DNA of 64,000 nucleotides from Curvularia clavata (Eukaryota): NCBI GenBank assembly GCA_023920165.1, contig CP089275.1, positions 2,976,001 to 3,040,000 of the forward strand, read 5' to 3'. Shown piece by piece: positions 36,761 to 49,078 of this stretch (position 1 is its first letter; each line of letters starts with the position of its first letter). The notes under the pieces were generated by a model. It saw only the letters and a program-made list of their open reading frames with translations, ran no database searches and was not told where the DNA came from. The position numbers and the translations under genes were made by a program.

Positions 36761-37522
36761 TGCAGCTGTGGCGAGGTTCGATGGGTCATCTAATCTGGAA
36801 ATGCCCCCGTAGAGCAGTTGGGTGTTGCGTGTCGCAAGTGACAGCTTGCTGAGACGCGGTTGCGACGGCCAATCAGACACGCGCAGTGCTTGGCGGCGGG
36901 ACTACATTTGGGTCGTTCCCTACACGACATAGCATCTCATCCAGAGTCAGAATAGTGCAATGTCGCGAAACACGCACCGCGTGCGCACTGAATCAAAGAA
37001 TTATCTTTTGCCTGGCTCTCCTGTTCCAGTTACTAGGATTCCAATCCCTCACCATATATGTGCACGAAGACGTTATCACAAACCAAGACTAGACCATATC
37101 CCCATATCCAATGTTGATGGCCTTGCTATGCGCTTCATTTCAGAATACGCTGTTCAATTAATGTTGCGGCCAGGAGCAAGTCAAATATCTCATTACATCG
37201 TTTCAAGATGTCTGTGGTTTGCAATGTCGAATCTAACGCTGGAAGTCAATAGTGAGGTTGCCAGCCGTCACCTGTTGCTCCAAAAGCGCGGAGCGCTCTT
37301 AACACAAAAAGCCGAATCAGCCTTCTTATCACTTACTTGGAATAGCACATGTGCTCCTTACTTTGATTCACGTCAATCGTCTCTTACTCCCAACCTCGAC
37401 GCTAGCCTCCTATATCAATATATAAACTACCTTCCACGGACTTGCACTCTTTCACACTTCCTCACCTCATCTCCTTACATATCCATCTATCTTCTATTTC
37501 TGGCACCTGCCTTGACTGCAAC

Positions 37523-38943
37523 ATGTCCTCGCGCGAAGATGATGACTGGCTTATGGTGGAAGCACCTCCCGTTGTCGAACCAAACGTACAGAGCGAATCA
37601 GACGAACTGGAAGAAGAGGATGAGCATGACGAAGATGACAAACGGAGCGACTCGAGTGCAGCTTTTGAGCCAGTACCCTCACAAAGTGTCCCGCAAAGTG
37701 CTGAACCAGTGGCACCTGTCACCTCTAAACAACTGGCCGCAGGTGACGGCGATTCTGACTTCAGAGGTCACCTCACACCCGATCAGCGAAGGGAAATCAG
37801 GTCCAAGTTCGTGGGCGACATACACATGTGCGTGCACTATCTGGGGTTTCATACAAGGAAATACTAACCGCACACAGTTTTTTCGACACTGACGTTGAGA
37901 AAATGCGTGCCAAGGGCATTTCGTTGCCGCAGACTTTCTACCGGACTTTCTACGAGAACTCAGCCACACTGAGCCGATACGTGACCGTTGACACACATGT
38001 GAAGTATCGTGAGAGAAAAGATCTTAGGATCGACGATGGCAATGCCTTCCAGTCGGTTGGATATTTTTCCATCGATCCGTGCATGCTTCTGGAGGCAATC
38101 GAGCGACATTTGGTATGGAACCAGACACGGATTCCGACTGCATATATATCTGTTTTTGATGAAAAGAGTGAGTAACATGCCTGGAACTAATTAAAAAGAC
38201 TAGACTAACATCTGTCAGAGTACGCGGAACAGCGAGCAAGTTTTCATTACAAAAAGGCCAAGCGCGTAGGACAGCGCGTGTGCGTTGCTGGTATACACAC
38301 GCAAGGTCTGGTTCCCGCGACCATACGAGGAACATGCAGTTTCACAGTCATTGTGTTCACAAAAATCTCTGGGGGAGAAAGCCAAAAACTCAAGCAGTAT
38401 ACACAGAGGGTCGACATCCCAGTATGGATCCATGAGAAGGCAAAAATCGAATACGGCAGCATCATTACGCCTAAGCAGTTAGAGAAATCCGGAGCGGATA
38501 TGTGGATGGCCATCAAAGAACTCCGCTTTTCAAACCTTAAAGGAGCAGGACCTAGAGCCAGCAGGACCGCAGACGTAATCTGTGCCGACGGACATACTTT
38601 TGAATGGCTATGCTGCGGAGCCATTCCAGAATCAAGGATTACAGGTGTTTGGCCATACGTCAAAGACCGGCTCTACTCTACCGATCCTGGAGTGCCGATT
38701 CAAAGTTGCGAAAACAGTGGACAGCCCTGGCACTTCAACTGGAAGAACAAAAGGTGGGAACCGGGCGTTTTATTAGCTCCTCCGCCTACCACTGCGACTA
38801 CTGAGCCCAGCCCTAAGCGCCGGCGCGTTGATGACGGAGGGTCCCGAGAGGCCGCGCCTTGCGAGCGCTGTGACAACCGCCCGGTTCTTTCTATGAGTAT
38901 GATTCAGTCTATTGTTGACATTGAGCCTCTGTCCTGCACCTGA
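37523..38943 (+). CDS. Hypothetical protein with acidic N-terminus, ADP-ribosyltransferase-like core and C-terminal NLS
   Basis: Exons 37523-37827, 37878-38167 and 38219-38943 join in frame through canonical introns. Motifs FYRT, HLVW..R.PTAYISVF, EWLCCGAIPESRITG and PKRRRV. Confidence 0.7.
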
Positions 38944-40073
38944 TGGAGAGCTCTGAAAGCCGCGACCAGGACATAGTCCAGAATGCATCAGCGATTGCTC
39001 CTTCAGACTCATCGACACCATTTGGGATGATGCGCATGTCCAAAAAGTTGACTTTTACAAAACTATTGACTTCTTTCAACTCTACCCTCGGTCTTTGTTT
39101 GATAATTTTCTGCTCTCAGTCTTTTCTCTACTATTCTACAAACTGAAGCTCTTCAGGTCACAGCTTCATTTGCAAACATCCATTTCATTCACAAATATCC
39201 AGCATTTTTCCCTCTTTGCAAACAGATCAGCAGATACCCCATTTTACCATTTCAATCATCTCTGTAGCTACATCCCCCAGCATAAAAATCCCCAGAGACG
39301 GAAGAAAGGTATTCAATCCAGCACAACACCAAACAGCGAAACCTCGGTACCATTTCCCCTCTTGCGTTTTCCCCCAGCACTCAGATAAAAGTATTTGAAA
39401 GGCAATATAAAATTGATACTTTGTAGAACAAGGTGTTACAACGTGCACTAATTTCTTTAAGAACTTTTTCTATCGCTCTCATTCTTTGATCATCAAACAT
39501 CTAGCAAATTGATCTGAGCCCATTCAGCAAGCCTGAGTAAACGAAACTTTTTAACCAACATACTTACCTGACTTCCTCCTCCGTTCGCTCACCTCCTGTA
39601 GCAGGACCTACACAGCGCTACTGTTCTCTTCCACATAACCGTCTTGCTATCTTGACATTCCCGCCATTCCGCTGACATACTAGCAGATATGCGTGGAGGT
39701 ACTCATGTGAAAGATGGAGTGGATGCGTAAGACTGTTATGGCGAGAAAGTGCATGGAGAGAATTTAGAAGTGCTTAGCTCTCGATGCGTCTTGCTGAAGT
39801 CAATCGATCTATCATGCATGTACAACTGTCTCATTCGTCATCACCATCATAATCAAGTAACAGCACGAACGCAAAAAGAGGCCTTGGCATTCTCATCGAG
39901 TCTATCATCCCCTAAAGACCTATATCCCTCGTCAAAAAAAAAGAGGCGAGTGTTCCAATCCAGCCCGTTTGAAAACGAAAAACGCCGCTCTATGCATGCA
40001 TCTATCTGTTATTCCCACCACCTATCATTCATCGTACAAAATAATTGCTGATACAGTTCGTTTATAGTCTATC

Positions 40074-41416
40074 TTACACGTCCTCCACACGGACCAGGGG
40101 ATGCTCCTCGAAATATCGCAAGAGCGTCTGGTACAGCACGAGCATGGTACCGGATTGCACGCTCGTCCACACACCACGGGGCCCTACGCCTCGGAACCAG
40201 CCAGCTACGCCTTCGGTCTTGTATATTATCTTCAGGCCGGTGATGACGGATGAAGTGTCGAGCGTGGCGGCTCCGTGTGCTTTTAGCGTTGTAGATGGCG
40301 AGGAGGTGGATATGGGTCTGCTTTGCGTTGTATGGCGCGGTTTGGCTGAGGGTGCTGGTGAGGCGTGTTTCGAGGATGCTGATACTGGTGACAAGGGGGC
40401 TTTTGGCGTGACAGAGGAACTGGGGGAGGGCCCGTTATGTTGGGTTTGGATGCGGGTCTTGACTACGTCAAGGGGAGTGGTCAGGACGCCGGCCATACCT
40501 CCTGCTGTTGCGGCCGTGGCGATTTCCAGGGGAAGCCCAATGTTGTTAGTGCCCATGTACTTCTTTGCCCAGCCCCGCTCTTCCTCGTAAAATGCGAATT
40601 GGAGCGCAGAAAAGGGTAGGTCGCGCCAGAGGGTTGCTTTGTAGCCGTGGAAGAGAGCGCTGTAGCCTTCTGTTCGGGCGATTGTGCGCGCGGCGTCAAT
40701 GGCGGAGCGGTAATTGTAGCCAGAGTTGAAGTAGGGATTGTTGTAGCGGCCTTGTAATTGCAGGCGGGTTTTGAGTACTTCTGAGGGAACGTATGCAGGC
40801 GCTGCAGCGAGATCGGCTAGAAGACCTGATGCTATGTCAATACCTTCTATTCGTTTGGACATGGGCTGAATGCGAACATACCTGCTGAGAAGTATGCGAC
40901 TGAGGGAGTGACGCCATTGTCAATCATAGTCCGCTTTGTCCATTCATATGCGCCGAAGAAGCATACGGTGCCGATGAACGACCCAAGAAAGGCCGGCTCA
41001 ACACCTCCGTACAGTCCTCTCTTGAAACCTTCCTGTCGCCATATGGTGTAGTATGTGTTGCCCATGGATGTGTACTTTGGCGGCATGTGGGGATCGCCCT
41101 GTTGTCGCGTTTTCACAGTATCCAGAGAGTGCATTAGCATGTCGCCTGTAGTGCCTCCTATGCCTCCTGCCAGCATTGCCTGTAAATGGTCAATTGGCAT
41201 TCCTCATCTGTAGAGGCTAGGCATCCTCACATGTAGGTATGGTGGCCGCGCTGCCTCGTCGTCTACCTCCTCCTCCTCCATTGCACTCTGCTTGGTATTC
41301 TCCAAGGACAATCCGATTGCCTGTGGCGTGTGTGCGACATAGTCCCGGCTACCGTCGGTGAGATTGTTGGCAGAGTCTCCGTTCGTGAAGAGGTTGGCCA
41401 CGCGGGCAAGTACCAT
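40074..41416 (-). CDS. Mitochondrial carrier family protein (Mme1/YMR166C-like)
   Basis: Three carrier signature-like motifs: HSLDTVKTRQQ, VPSEVLKTRLQ, TPLDVVKTRIQ; two introns; start codon uncertain. Confidence 0.88.
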
Positions 41417-42019
41417 GGGCGCTTAGAGAACGGTGGTGCGCTTTGGGGAAGGTTGCAAATGATGTGACAAGAAAGCCGCAACGAGGCTGCCAGGGACAGG
41501 TAGGACAAGGCTATAAAAGCAAAAAGTGACGTTGTTACCGATGCAGCCGTGCCATGATGCCTGCGTCTAGAAAAATTCGGCCAAGACCGGAACTGCGCCA
41601 CAATGCCACGCCACAATGCCACGCTCCCTTGTCTGCACCGCCACGCGGGCACGCACAGGGACCTGACGAGGACCCAGCTAGTGCAGATAAGACGACAACA
41701 TTACTCAAGTCCCCTCAGGCACCGCATGATCCTGAGACATGCACAAAGAGTCCCTGCGCGTTACGAGACAGCACTGTATTGCTGCAGATCACGTCAATGG
41801 CCCAAAGGCTGCGTCCCACAGCCGCCGGCTTAGCGCCCATCTGACCCACGTGAGCCCCAGCCATCGTGTTTACATCTCAAGCCTCGCGTACTGGTAGCTC
41901 TCTTCCCTCGATCAACACCACACCGCCCCCACCTTTTTTCTCACCACATTCCTTTTTCGTTACGATATATATATCATTTTAATCGCGACGCTCTCGCGAC
42001 TCGGACTGTATCCTTCATC

Positions 42020-43258
42020 ATGTCTCACTCCTGGCTCCAGAGGAAGCGCAAAGCCGACCTGATTGAGCTTGCACAGAAGGCTAGACTTCCCGAGTAGGCT
42101 CAAATCAATCTTGCCCATGGATTGTGAAACTAATACTCGATCCGCAGTGCTGATGGACTTCTGAAAGATGATCTGGTGGAAATGTTGGGAAACCATCTGA
42201 GCTCCAACGAGACGACATTCGCCAAACTCCCAGAATTCCGCGACTACTTTGGCCGCAACGGATCGCCTGTAAAGCGCGAGCGCTCGTCGCCTACAGCACC
42301 TGCTACTGTGACCAAAACGACGCGCCGCCGCACAATTGTCCAGGAGTCTCCGTACGTCATCAAACACGCGACGCGTTGCGCGTGGAGCTAACACCTTGAT
42401 AGTGAGGAGCCCACGGCCGAACGTACTCCCGTTGTGACACAAAGTCCAGCTGTAGTACGCAGTCCGCCTGTGGTACGCAGTCCTGTTGAGGAGCGTAGCC
42501 CAGTTGTGGAGCGCAGCACGGCTGCAGAGCGCAGGATTTCCTCTGGAACCAGCACTGCCTTGGCGCGAACACCTAAGCCAGTTTCTCGACGTGTTTCCGG
42601 GCTCGTTTCCGAAGTTGACATCCCCGCGTCCCCCGCACAACTCGCTGAAGTCGCCGACCAATCGTTCCAAGTCGTAAAGTCAAAGGCCACTGAAATATGG
42701 CATAAGACTAAGATCGATGAGCTCAAGGAGTTTCTCCGTGAAAACGCAAGCTCTGTTGCTACTATCCAGACCATTATTCTCCTCATTGAGGCTGTAGGTT
42801 TACAGTGGAATACTCTCGAAACGACAGCTTTGGTTGCTACACCCGAGGCGCTCTGGCCATATTTGAACAACGCAGACATCCGGGGGCCCAACGGCTGGGC
42901 TCTTTTGACGGCCGATTGGTGGGCGCCTGCAACCTTGTGGTCTCTTACTAGCTGGGTGCTCCCACTCTTCTTCTCGTACTTCTTCAACTTGACTCTCCGT
43001 TCAAACACCTCCCGCAAATCAGAGGATCGTCAATATCCCGCTGATCCCCTTATCTTCAACATCACCAGGGCGATATTGGCCTACAGCGCGTACCGGGAGA
43101 CTGCTAACGCAGCCTCGGTCCCGAGTGCGTGGGGCCCTTTCTCCGAGTACGCTGTGGCGCGTGTTGGAAACCACGTACCGGGAGGATACTACGGCCTTCA
43201 AATCGGCTCATTAGTCGGTATCCTTGTCAGTCTGTACGATGCTGCGTTGAAGAAATGA
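42020..43258 (+). CDS. Gtt3-like membrane protein (helical N-terminus, SP-rich linker, C-terminal TM segments)
   Basis: MSHSWLQRKRKADLIELA, intron, GLLKDDL...; WSLTSWVLPLFFSYFFNL, DPLIFNI.RA, VSLYDAAL. Family assignment is from memory. Confidence 0.65.
42443..42517 (+). repeat. 18-nt coding tandem repeat (SPxVxR x4)
   Basis: agtccagctgtagtacgc agtccgcctgtggtacgc agtcctgttgaggagcgt agcccagttgtggagcgc. Confidence 0.75.
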
Positions 43259-43515
43259 GCAACCATTGGCTGAAGACAAAACACGACCGAGACCGAGGAT
43301 GATGAATCTTCGATACTCGTGTCATCGATGGCGTTTGGATATTTGATACCTGGGGTGGCAGTGCGCTGGATCTTTGAGATATTTTGTTAAATTTCATCCT
43401 ATCATTAACCAGTGATTGCCTTGGACGATTCGTCCTCCCGACCCTTGTCTAGAAAGTTTAAACGTGCACAAACCCCGCTTGAATACTATGACATCAGATA
43501 AAGCGGGAACGGGTA

Positions 43516-43561
43516 CGGAGGTGCCCGTCAAAAGTCTTTGCCCACCTGGGCAGGCAGGGGT
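43516..43561 (+). repeat. Left terminal inverted repeat
   Basis: 44/46 identical to the reverse complement of 45000-45045; first 36 nt are a perfect match. Confidence 0.95.
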
Positions 43562-43568
43562 TTCTAGG

Positions 43569-44885
43569 CTATTCCCAATATAGACTATCCTCCGAAAGCT
43601 CTGGCTCTGGCTTCCTAAGCCGCCTACCCTCCTTATACTCGTTACCACCTTCGAGTCTAATAATCTGTTGTATGTGAAATGAAATTCGCTCAATCCAAGC
43701 CTGTATTTTCTCCTGAGGTAGGTCTCTCCAGCACCGCTCCCATACCCGTATTCCCTCTGCTCTGTTCTTAGGCGCCCCCTTCTTAGTAGTAGCTCTTTTC
43801 ATCCATGGCCAGCAAGGCTCAATCGCATTTAAGTCAGGCGAGTTCCCACACCAAAGAATCTTCTCAATATCATGAAGACTATAAATATAGCTTTGAACAT
43901 AGTGGTCGTGAGAAGGCGCCTTATCTTCCTATACGACTGTTCTAGGTCGATTAGCCTTACATTCCTTTGCAAAAGGAATTAGTTTTGGTAGAAGAATAAC
44001 TGTCTGATATCGATACCAGTCGATTCCTGAGCCATCACGTCGGCTAAGCTTTCCTGTCCTCTTATTCCACCTCCACTGAGGCTGTCGGCCAGGCTTGTTC
44101 CGGAGGTCAAGACGACGTATACCATTTTCAAGCTCCCACTCAGCCTTCTTGATAGGCTCAAGCTTCTCATTTAGTTCATCAATCCAAGTAGTAGCAGCCT
44201 CCTTCTCTTTATTTGTTTCTGGTGTCCAGCAGTGGCAGGGCCCTTTCTTATCGTACGAGAAACAGCCCCAAAACATAAACTCAGAATAGCCTTTCCATCT
44301 CTCGCGAATGCAGCTCCGTACGAAGGCCTCATCTGCTTTTCTCCATATCCTATATCCACCACGTCTATAGTTAAGAACAACAGAGGTTTCGTCTGACCAG
44401 ATGACATTCTTCCAGTCCTCAAGCGTCCAGTCTACGTGCTCTAGGCACCACCTATATCGTTCCTCCCTCATCTGCTTCGTCAACCCAGGCTTCCTCGTCG
44501 GCTTGGTCTTCCTGAAGCCTTCCTCTCTTAAGACTCGCCTGACTGTAGATGCTGAGACATTGAATCCTTGTTAGCTTAGCAAGCCAGCAATGTCAGCACA
44601 AGACTTTTCTCGCCCATATCAATCGGTGCGTACGGTGTCTACTACTTGCTAAGAGACTGTAGACCGCTTAGATGGCCGCCCAGATCGATGGGCATCTTCA
44701 AGGTGCTTGTCTTCAAGCTGTAGTGGCCGGAGGCCTGGATCAAAGCCTCGCTCAATTGCTCGCGCATAGATAGAGTTAATCGTACGCTTCTCAACTCCAG
44801 TAAGTCCAGTAATCTCATGATTTGGCTTGCCTATAGCCTTAAGAACTACAACTGCAGCACGAGTAGAATTATCGTGATAAACCAT
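43569..44885 (-). pseudogene. DD34E Tc1-type transposase with four in-frame stops
   Basis: One frame throughout: RSGRP, WKNVIWSDET, MFWGCF, (Q)EDKAPSH...NSPDLNAIE with 34 residues between D and E. Stops at 44649-51 TAG, 44619-21 TGA, 44571-73 TAA, 43929-31 TAG. Confidence 0.92.
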
Positions 44886-44999
44886 AGCGATAGTACTAAG
44901 ACTAATAGATAGAATACAAAGTATAGAGTGTAAACTTGAGGTTGAGAAGGATAAGCCACGTAAGCTCGGAGATGATTCCCAATTAAGAATAGTGCATAT

Positions 45000-45045
45000 A
45001 CCCCTGCTCGCCCAGGTGGGCAAAGACTTTTGACGGGCACCTCCG
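45000..45045 (-). repeat. Right terminal inverted repeat
   Basis: Reverse complement of the left TIR. Confidence 0.95.
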
Positions 45046-45282
45046 TAGGGAAGCAATCGTCGCTAGAGAGGCCTGCATACCCTCGCTTCCGTTACCCTAG
45101 CGTAGTCGGCGCCACACCATGCGGGCCGCCTTGTTCCTGCAAAGAACGCTACGCTCTGACTGTAAACTTATCCTTTGTCTTACCGCCTCGACTACCTGAA
45201 CCTCTAAACGTCTTTATTCTGCCCAAAACAATTAGTGCTGCCTCTGAATATCCCACGTGATCTTCGCCTGAACTCTTACAAT

Positions 45283-46242
45283 ATGTCTGCCGACTTTTTG
45301 CGTATGCTCGAGAACATGCAGCAGCGGTCAAACCGGTAAGCACCGGCGGCCTGGACGGGAGACTCTTCGCTGATAGACATGCGAAGCTCGATAGAAGATC
45401 TCAGAGACTCCAATGATCAACTTGCGGGCATGGACGGCATGGAGCTCAGAGGCTGGGCCCAAGCCAACCCCACTGCGCCCAGCCGTGATCTGAAAGATCC
45501 AGTCGGCCAAACTCTCCTCGCTGCTTTTAATGGAGAGTTTGACGCACTGCAAAACTACTGCGAGATGATGATCAAGCAATTGGGCGGCGACGACAATGCC
45601 CGCGAGACAGTAAGACAGGACCTGTACTCGAAGAGATGGGGACCCACCAAAACCCCTATTTACTCAATCTTGCTACCGGCATTCCACATGTTACCTAACA
45701 AGAAGCAAGAGCTACTCGGCATCGCAAAGTATCTTGCCAACGATCTGAAAGTACCAGTCGATGGCAAGGATGTCCTAGGCTCTACCGCACTCTTCTGGGC
45801 CATCTCAACAAAGCCCTACGTGCAGCCTGAGTTTGCACAGCTTCTCTTCGATGCCGGAGGCTCTGTCAATACTAAAAACCGGTTCAATGCTACTGCAGCG
45901 AGTGAGATAGCTCAAGCAGATCTGCACGGTGATACGACCAAGAACGTTCAGATGTTCAAATGGTACATTGAGCATGGCGGCGATATTGAAAACAAAGATA
46001 CGGATGGTATGAGTGTTAAAGTGCTGGTCGAGATGATGCGGGGAAAGGTACCGGGTCTGGCCGAGGCTATTCAAAATGGGAGGGGAGAGAGGAAGGAAGG
46101 TGATTGTGCGACTTGTGGTAGGAGCCCAAAGGAAGGGAAGACGTTTCCGGCGTGCGCAAAGTGTAAGAAGGCAAGGTACTGTTCGCAGGAGTGCCAGAAG
46201 GTGGACTGGAAATCGCACAAGAAGACATGTGCAGCTTCATAG
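45283..46242 (+). CDS. Ankyrin-repeat + MYND zinc finger protein
   Basis: Short first exon (intron 45302-45376); DGKDVLGSTALFWA, LLFDAGGSVNTKNRFNATA, and C-terminal CATC...CAKCKKARYCSQECQKVDWKSHKKTC. Confidence 0.88.
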
Positions 46243-46954
46243 GAATAGGGATTGGAAAGCTGCTGAGCTTGAGAGAGGAGCGGGGGCCTGTTCCTTGGCT
46301 ATACGTAGCTGAAGAAACTCGACCTCGCGGAGTACAGTCTCTCATGGTAAGCTGTTAGCTTATATCTTGCCCCTCATAGTGAGACGGAGATCGGCGCTTT
46401 TATTGCATTACGGCGAGATCTTGGATCAAGGTTGTCATAGAATGCCTGATGGTTTGAGCTTGTGTATGTAACGCTGGCAGGCCTTTAGAAGTCAGGATCG
46501 CCCCATAGAGATGATTCAGCGTATGTCGTGCATGGGCTCCTGCCACAGATATGTGGTTTGGCGTTTAGCATGACACCTGCCAAGGGCATTCAGCTACCCC
46601 GCGCAATTCAGCTCTCCAGCTAGCTTCATAGTATTGGTAGTCTCGCAGAATGACTAGTCTTGAGAAGATGCATTAGGGTTGAATTCAAAGTTTACGTCTA
46701 GTGATTGAAATATTTAACCTCATCGTTATTCTAACTTTCCCGCTGGTTTGTAACAACAACAAATTTACTAGTCATCCGCGGATCGCTAAAGCCAACAATT
46801 ACTGTCTATCTCAGCCTCAAATACCTCTGTCTGCCCTTGTATACATCCTTACTGACTGTTCTTTGTGGCACATTAGCTACGCCTAGATATCAAGCTCAAC
46901 AACTAACACATCAAACCCCAATCTAAGAGAGCACTAGGACGGTGCCTTTTAACA

Positions 46955-47818
46955 ATGTCGCCTCAAGCATCCGACCACACAGTTTCCTACCCTTCTCTGC
47001 GCGGCAAGGTCATTGCAATTTCAGGTGCAGCATCTGGTATGGGTCTCGCGACGGCCAAACTGCTTTACCCGATGGGCGTCAAGCTCTCTTTGACCGACAT
47101 CAACAAAGACGCGTTAGAGAAGGCAGTCGATGATCTCAAAGCCTCCGCCTCACCAAGTTCTGGAGACGTCATCTCAGTTGGCCTCGACCTAAGCTCTTCA
47201 TCCGAAGCTGCCGCGTGGATCAAAATCACAATCGAGAAGTATGGCGCACTCAATGGCGCAGCGAATTTCGCTGGCATCATGGGCGATATGACGCCGCTCG
47301 TTGACGTCAGTGATGAAGAATGGACGAAAATTCAAAGTGTCAATCTCTTCGGCGCTTTCTTCGCGCTGAGGGCGCAACTCAGGGCTATGCTGGAGAGGGG
47401 TGACAAGGGAAGCATTGTAAATACTGCAAGCATCGCAGGCATTAAAGGTGGTTATGGCCCTGCAGCTTACACAGTGAGTAAGCATGGCGTTATTGGCCTG
47501 ACGAAATCCGCTGCCAAGGAGGTAGGGCACTTGGGAATCAGGGTCAATGCTATCGCTCCGTAAGTCTTCTCTGCTTTTTATCTCGTCTGTAATGGGCCAG
47601 TAGCTGAAACCAAGTACAGAGGTATAATTGATACTCCAATGAGCCGAAATATGCCCCCGGAGATGGTGGACCGTGTGGCACAGGCAAAACAAGCCATGCC
47701 TTTGAGAAGGCAGGGTACGGCTGAAGAAGTGGCGAAGTTGGCTGCTTTCTTATTGAGCGACGAAAGTAGCTACACGACGGGTGGGGTACATGTAATAGAT
47801 GGAGGCGTGGATGCCTGA
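46955..47818 (+). CDS. Short-chain dehydrogenase/reductase
   Basis: SGAASGMG, NFAG, IVNTAS, YTVSK catalytic motif, IRVNAIAP, intron ~47560-47619, SYTTGGVHVIDGG. Confidence 0.92.
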
Positions 47819-48055
47819 TAGCGAGTCTGGATTTGAAATTAGGAAGTTCTAGTCATGTGGTGCCACCTAGCCGATAGTGCATGTAGGATCGTATCTACTA
47901 TCACGCTCCTGATGGGGTTGAAGAGTGGGGCGCGGGGAAGCGCTACTATCACCTACGAACCATCGACGTCACATTTAAGTGTACGGCTATCCCAGACGCC
48001 CTATTGCAGTTGCAATAAGTTCAAAACTCAAGAATTATCCAAACAGTTGGCAAAG

Positions 48056-49078
48056 ATGCGGTTAAATCCAAACGGCGAGGCCGCCACCTTTCCTAAACGC
48101 TCAGCCCTCCCCCACATCTCGGGTACCCCCAAAGACAACGCATGGTTCTGGGGCGGTGCGGACGAACTAGGCCGTCTGAACCTGCTCACTCCCGAACGGA
48201 CAGTCAAAACTGTACAGGAAAACGTGAAGACTGGAGATTCGATTTCTCTCGATCTCCCACTCAACGTACCCGGCCCCGCGCTGTTTGGCCGTCAGCCGCT
48301 CAAACACCGTATTCGAACTATTGGTAAAGGTGCATTCGACGACGAAGTATCGTACAACACACAAAGCAGCAGCCAGTGGGACGGTTTCCGCCATTTTGCC
48401 CATCCAGTGCATGAATGCCACTACAACGGTGTCGTGTCAGACGACATAATGGCCAATGTGGACGACGACGGGGAGAACGGGGAAGACGCGCCTGAGAGAT
48501 CGAGAAAACTAGGCATAGATGCCTGGGCGAAGAAGGGAATCATAGGCCGTGGTGTGCTACTGGACGTTTACTCCTGGTCCAAGAAACAGCAGGGCAAAGA
48601 GTACGATCCGTTTACCGCATATGGCATCACGGCGGAAGACCTACAGGCATGTGCGAAGAGCCAAGGCGTAGAGCTGAGAACGGCCGATATTCTTCTGATT
48701 CGCACAGGCTGGCTCGCGACCTACAATGCTTTGTCTCTGTCTGCGAAAACTGATATGAGTACTTTAGCTCTTGATAAGCACTTCTACGCTGGTCTTGCGG
48801 CAGACGATGCGATGAAGGATTTCTTGCATGACGGGTACTTTGCGGCGGCTGCGACGGACAACGCAAATTTTGAGGTCTGGCCTCCGGCGAGCTTCGAGGG
48901 GAGTTTGCATGCGTCCATGCTGAGTTTATGGGGTATGCCGATTGGTGAGCTGTGGGATTTTGAGGCGCTAACAAAGAGGTGCGAGAAGGAGGGTAGGTGG
49001 TCGTTCCTACTGGTAAGTAAACCGGGGGATGTACCGGGAGGGGTCGGTAGTGCGCCGAATGCGGTTGCGATTTTTTGA
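48056..49078 (+). CDS. Cyclase family / kynurenine formamidase-like metal-dependent hydrolase
   Basis: DELGRLNLLTP, NTQSSSQWDGFRHF, GIIGRGVLLD, DILLIRTG, GMPIGELWD, PGGVGSAPNAVAIF. Confidence 0.9.
   Translation: MRLNPNGEAATFPKRSALPHISGTPKDNAWFWGGADELGRLNLLTPERTVKTVQENVKTGDSISLDLPLNVPGPALFGRQPLKHRIRTIGKGAFDDEVSYNTQSSSQWDGFRHFAHPVHECHYNGVVSDDIMANVDDDGENGEDAPERSRKLGIDAWAKKGIIGRGVLLDVYSWSKKQQGKEYDPFTAYGITAEDLQACAKSQGVELRTADILLIRTGWLATYNALSLSAKTDMSTLALDKHFYAGLAADDAMKDFLHDGYFAAAATDNANFEVWPPASFEGSLHASMLSLWGMPIGELWDFEALTKRCEKEGRWSFLLVSKPGDVPGGVGSAPNAVAIF

Larger units (their letters stand above)
43516..45045 (-). mobile_element. Complete Tc1/mariner DNA transposon, 1530 bp, 46-bp TIRs, TA target-site duplication
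   Basis: TIR CGGAGGTGCCCGTCAAAAGTCTTTGCCCACCTGGGC(AG/GA)GCAGGGGT at both ends; TA at 43514-43515 and 45046-45047; internal transposase. Confidence 0.95.

Noticed and set aside
36960..37892. 310-aa ORF upstream of and overlapping the ART-like gene
   Set aside because: No protein-like features; the spliced model from ATG 37523 in another frame has canonical introns and fits better.
41597..41623. 13-bp tandem duplication GCCACAATGCCAC in a divergent promoter
   Set aside because: Two copies only; likely slippage.
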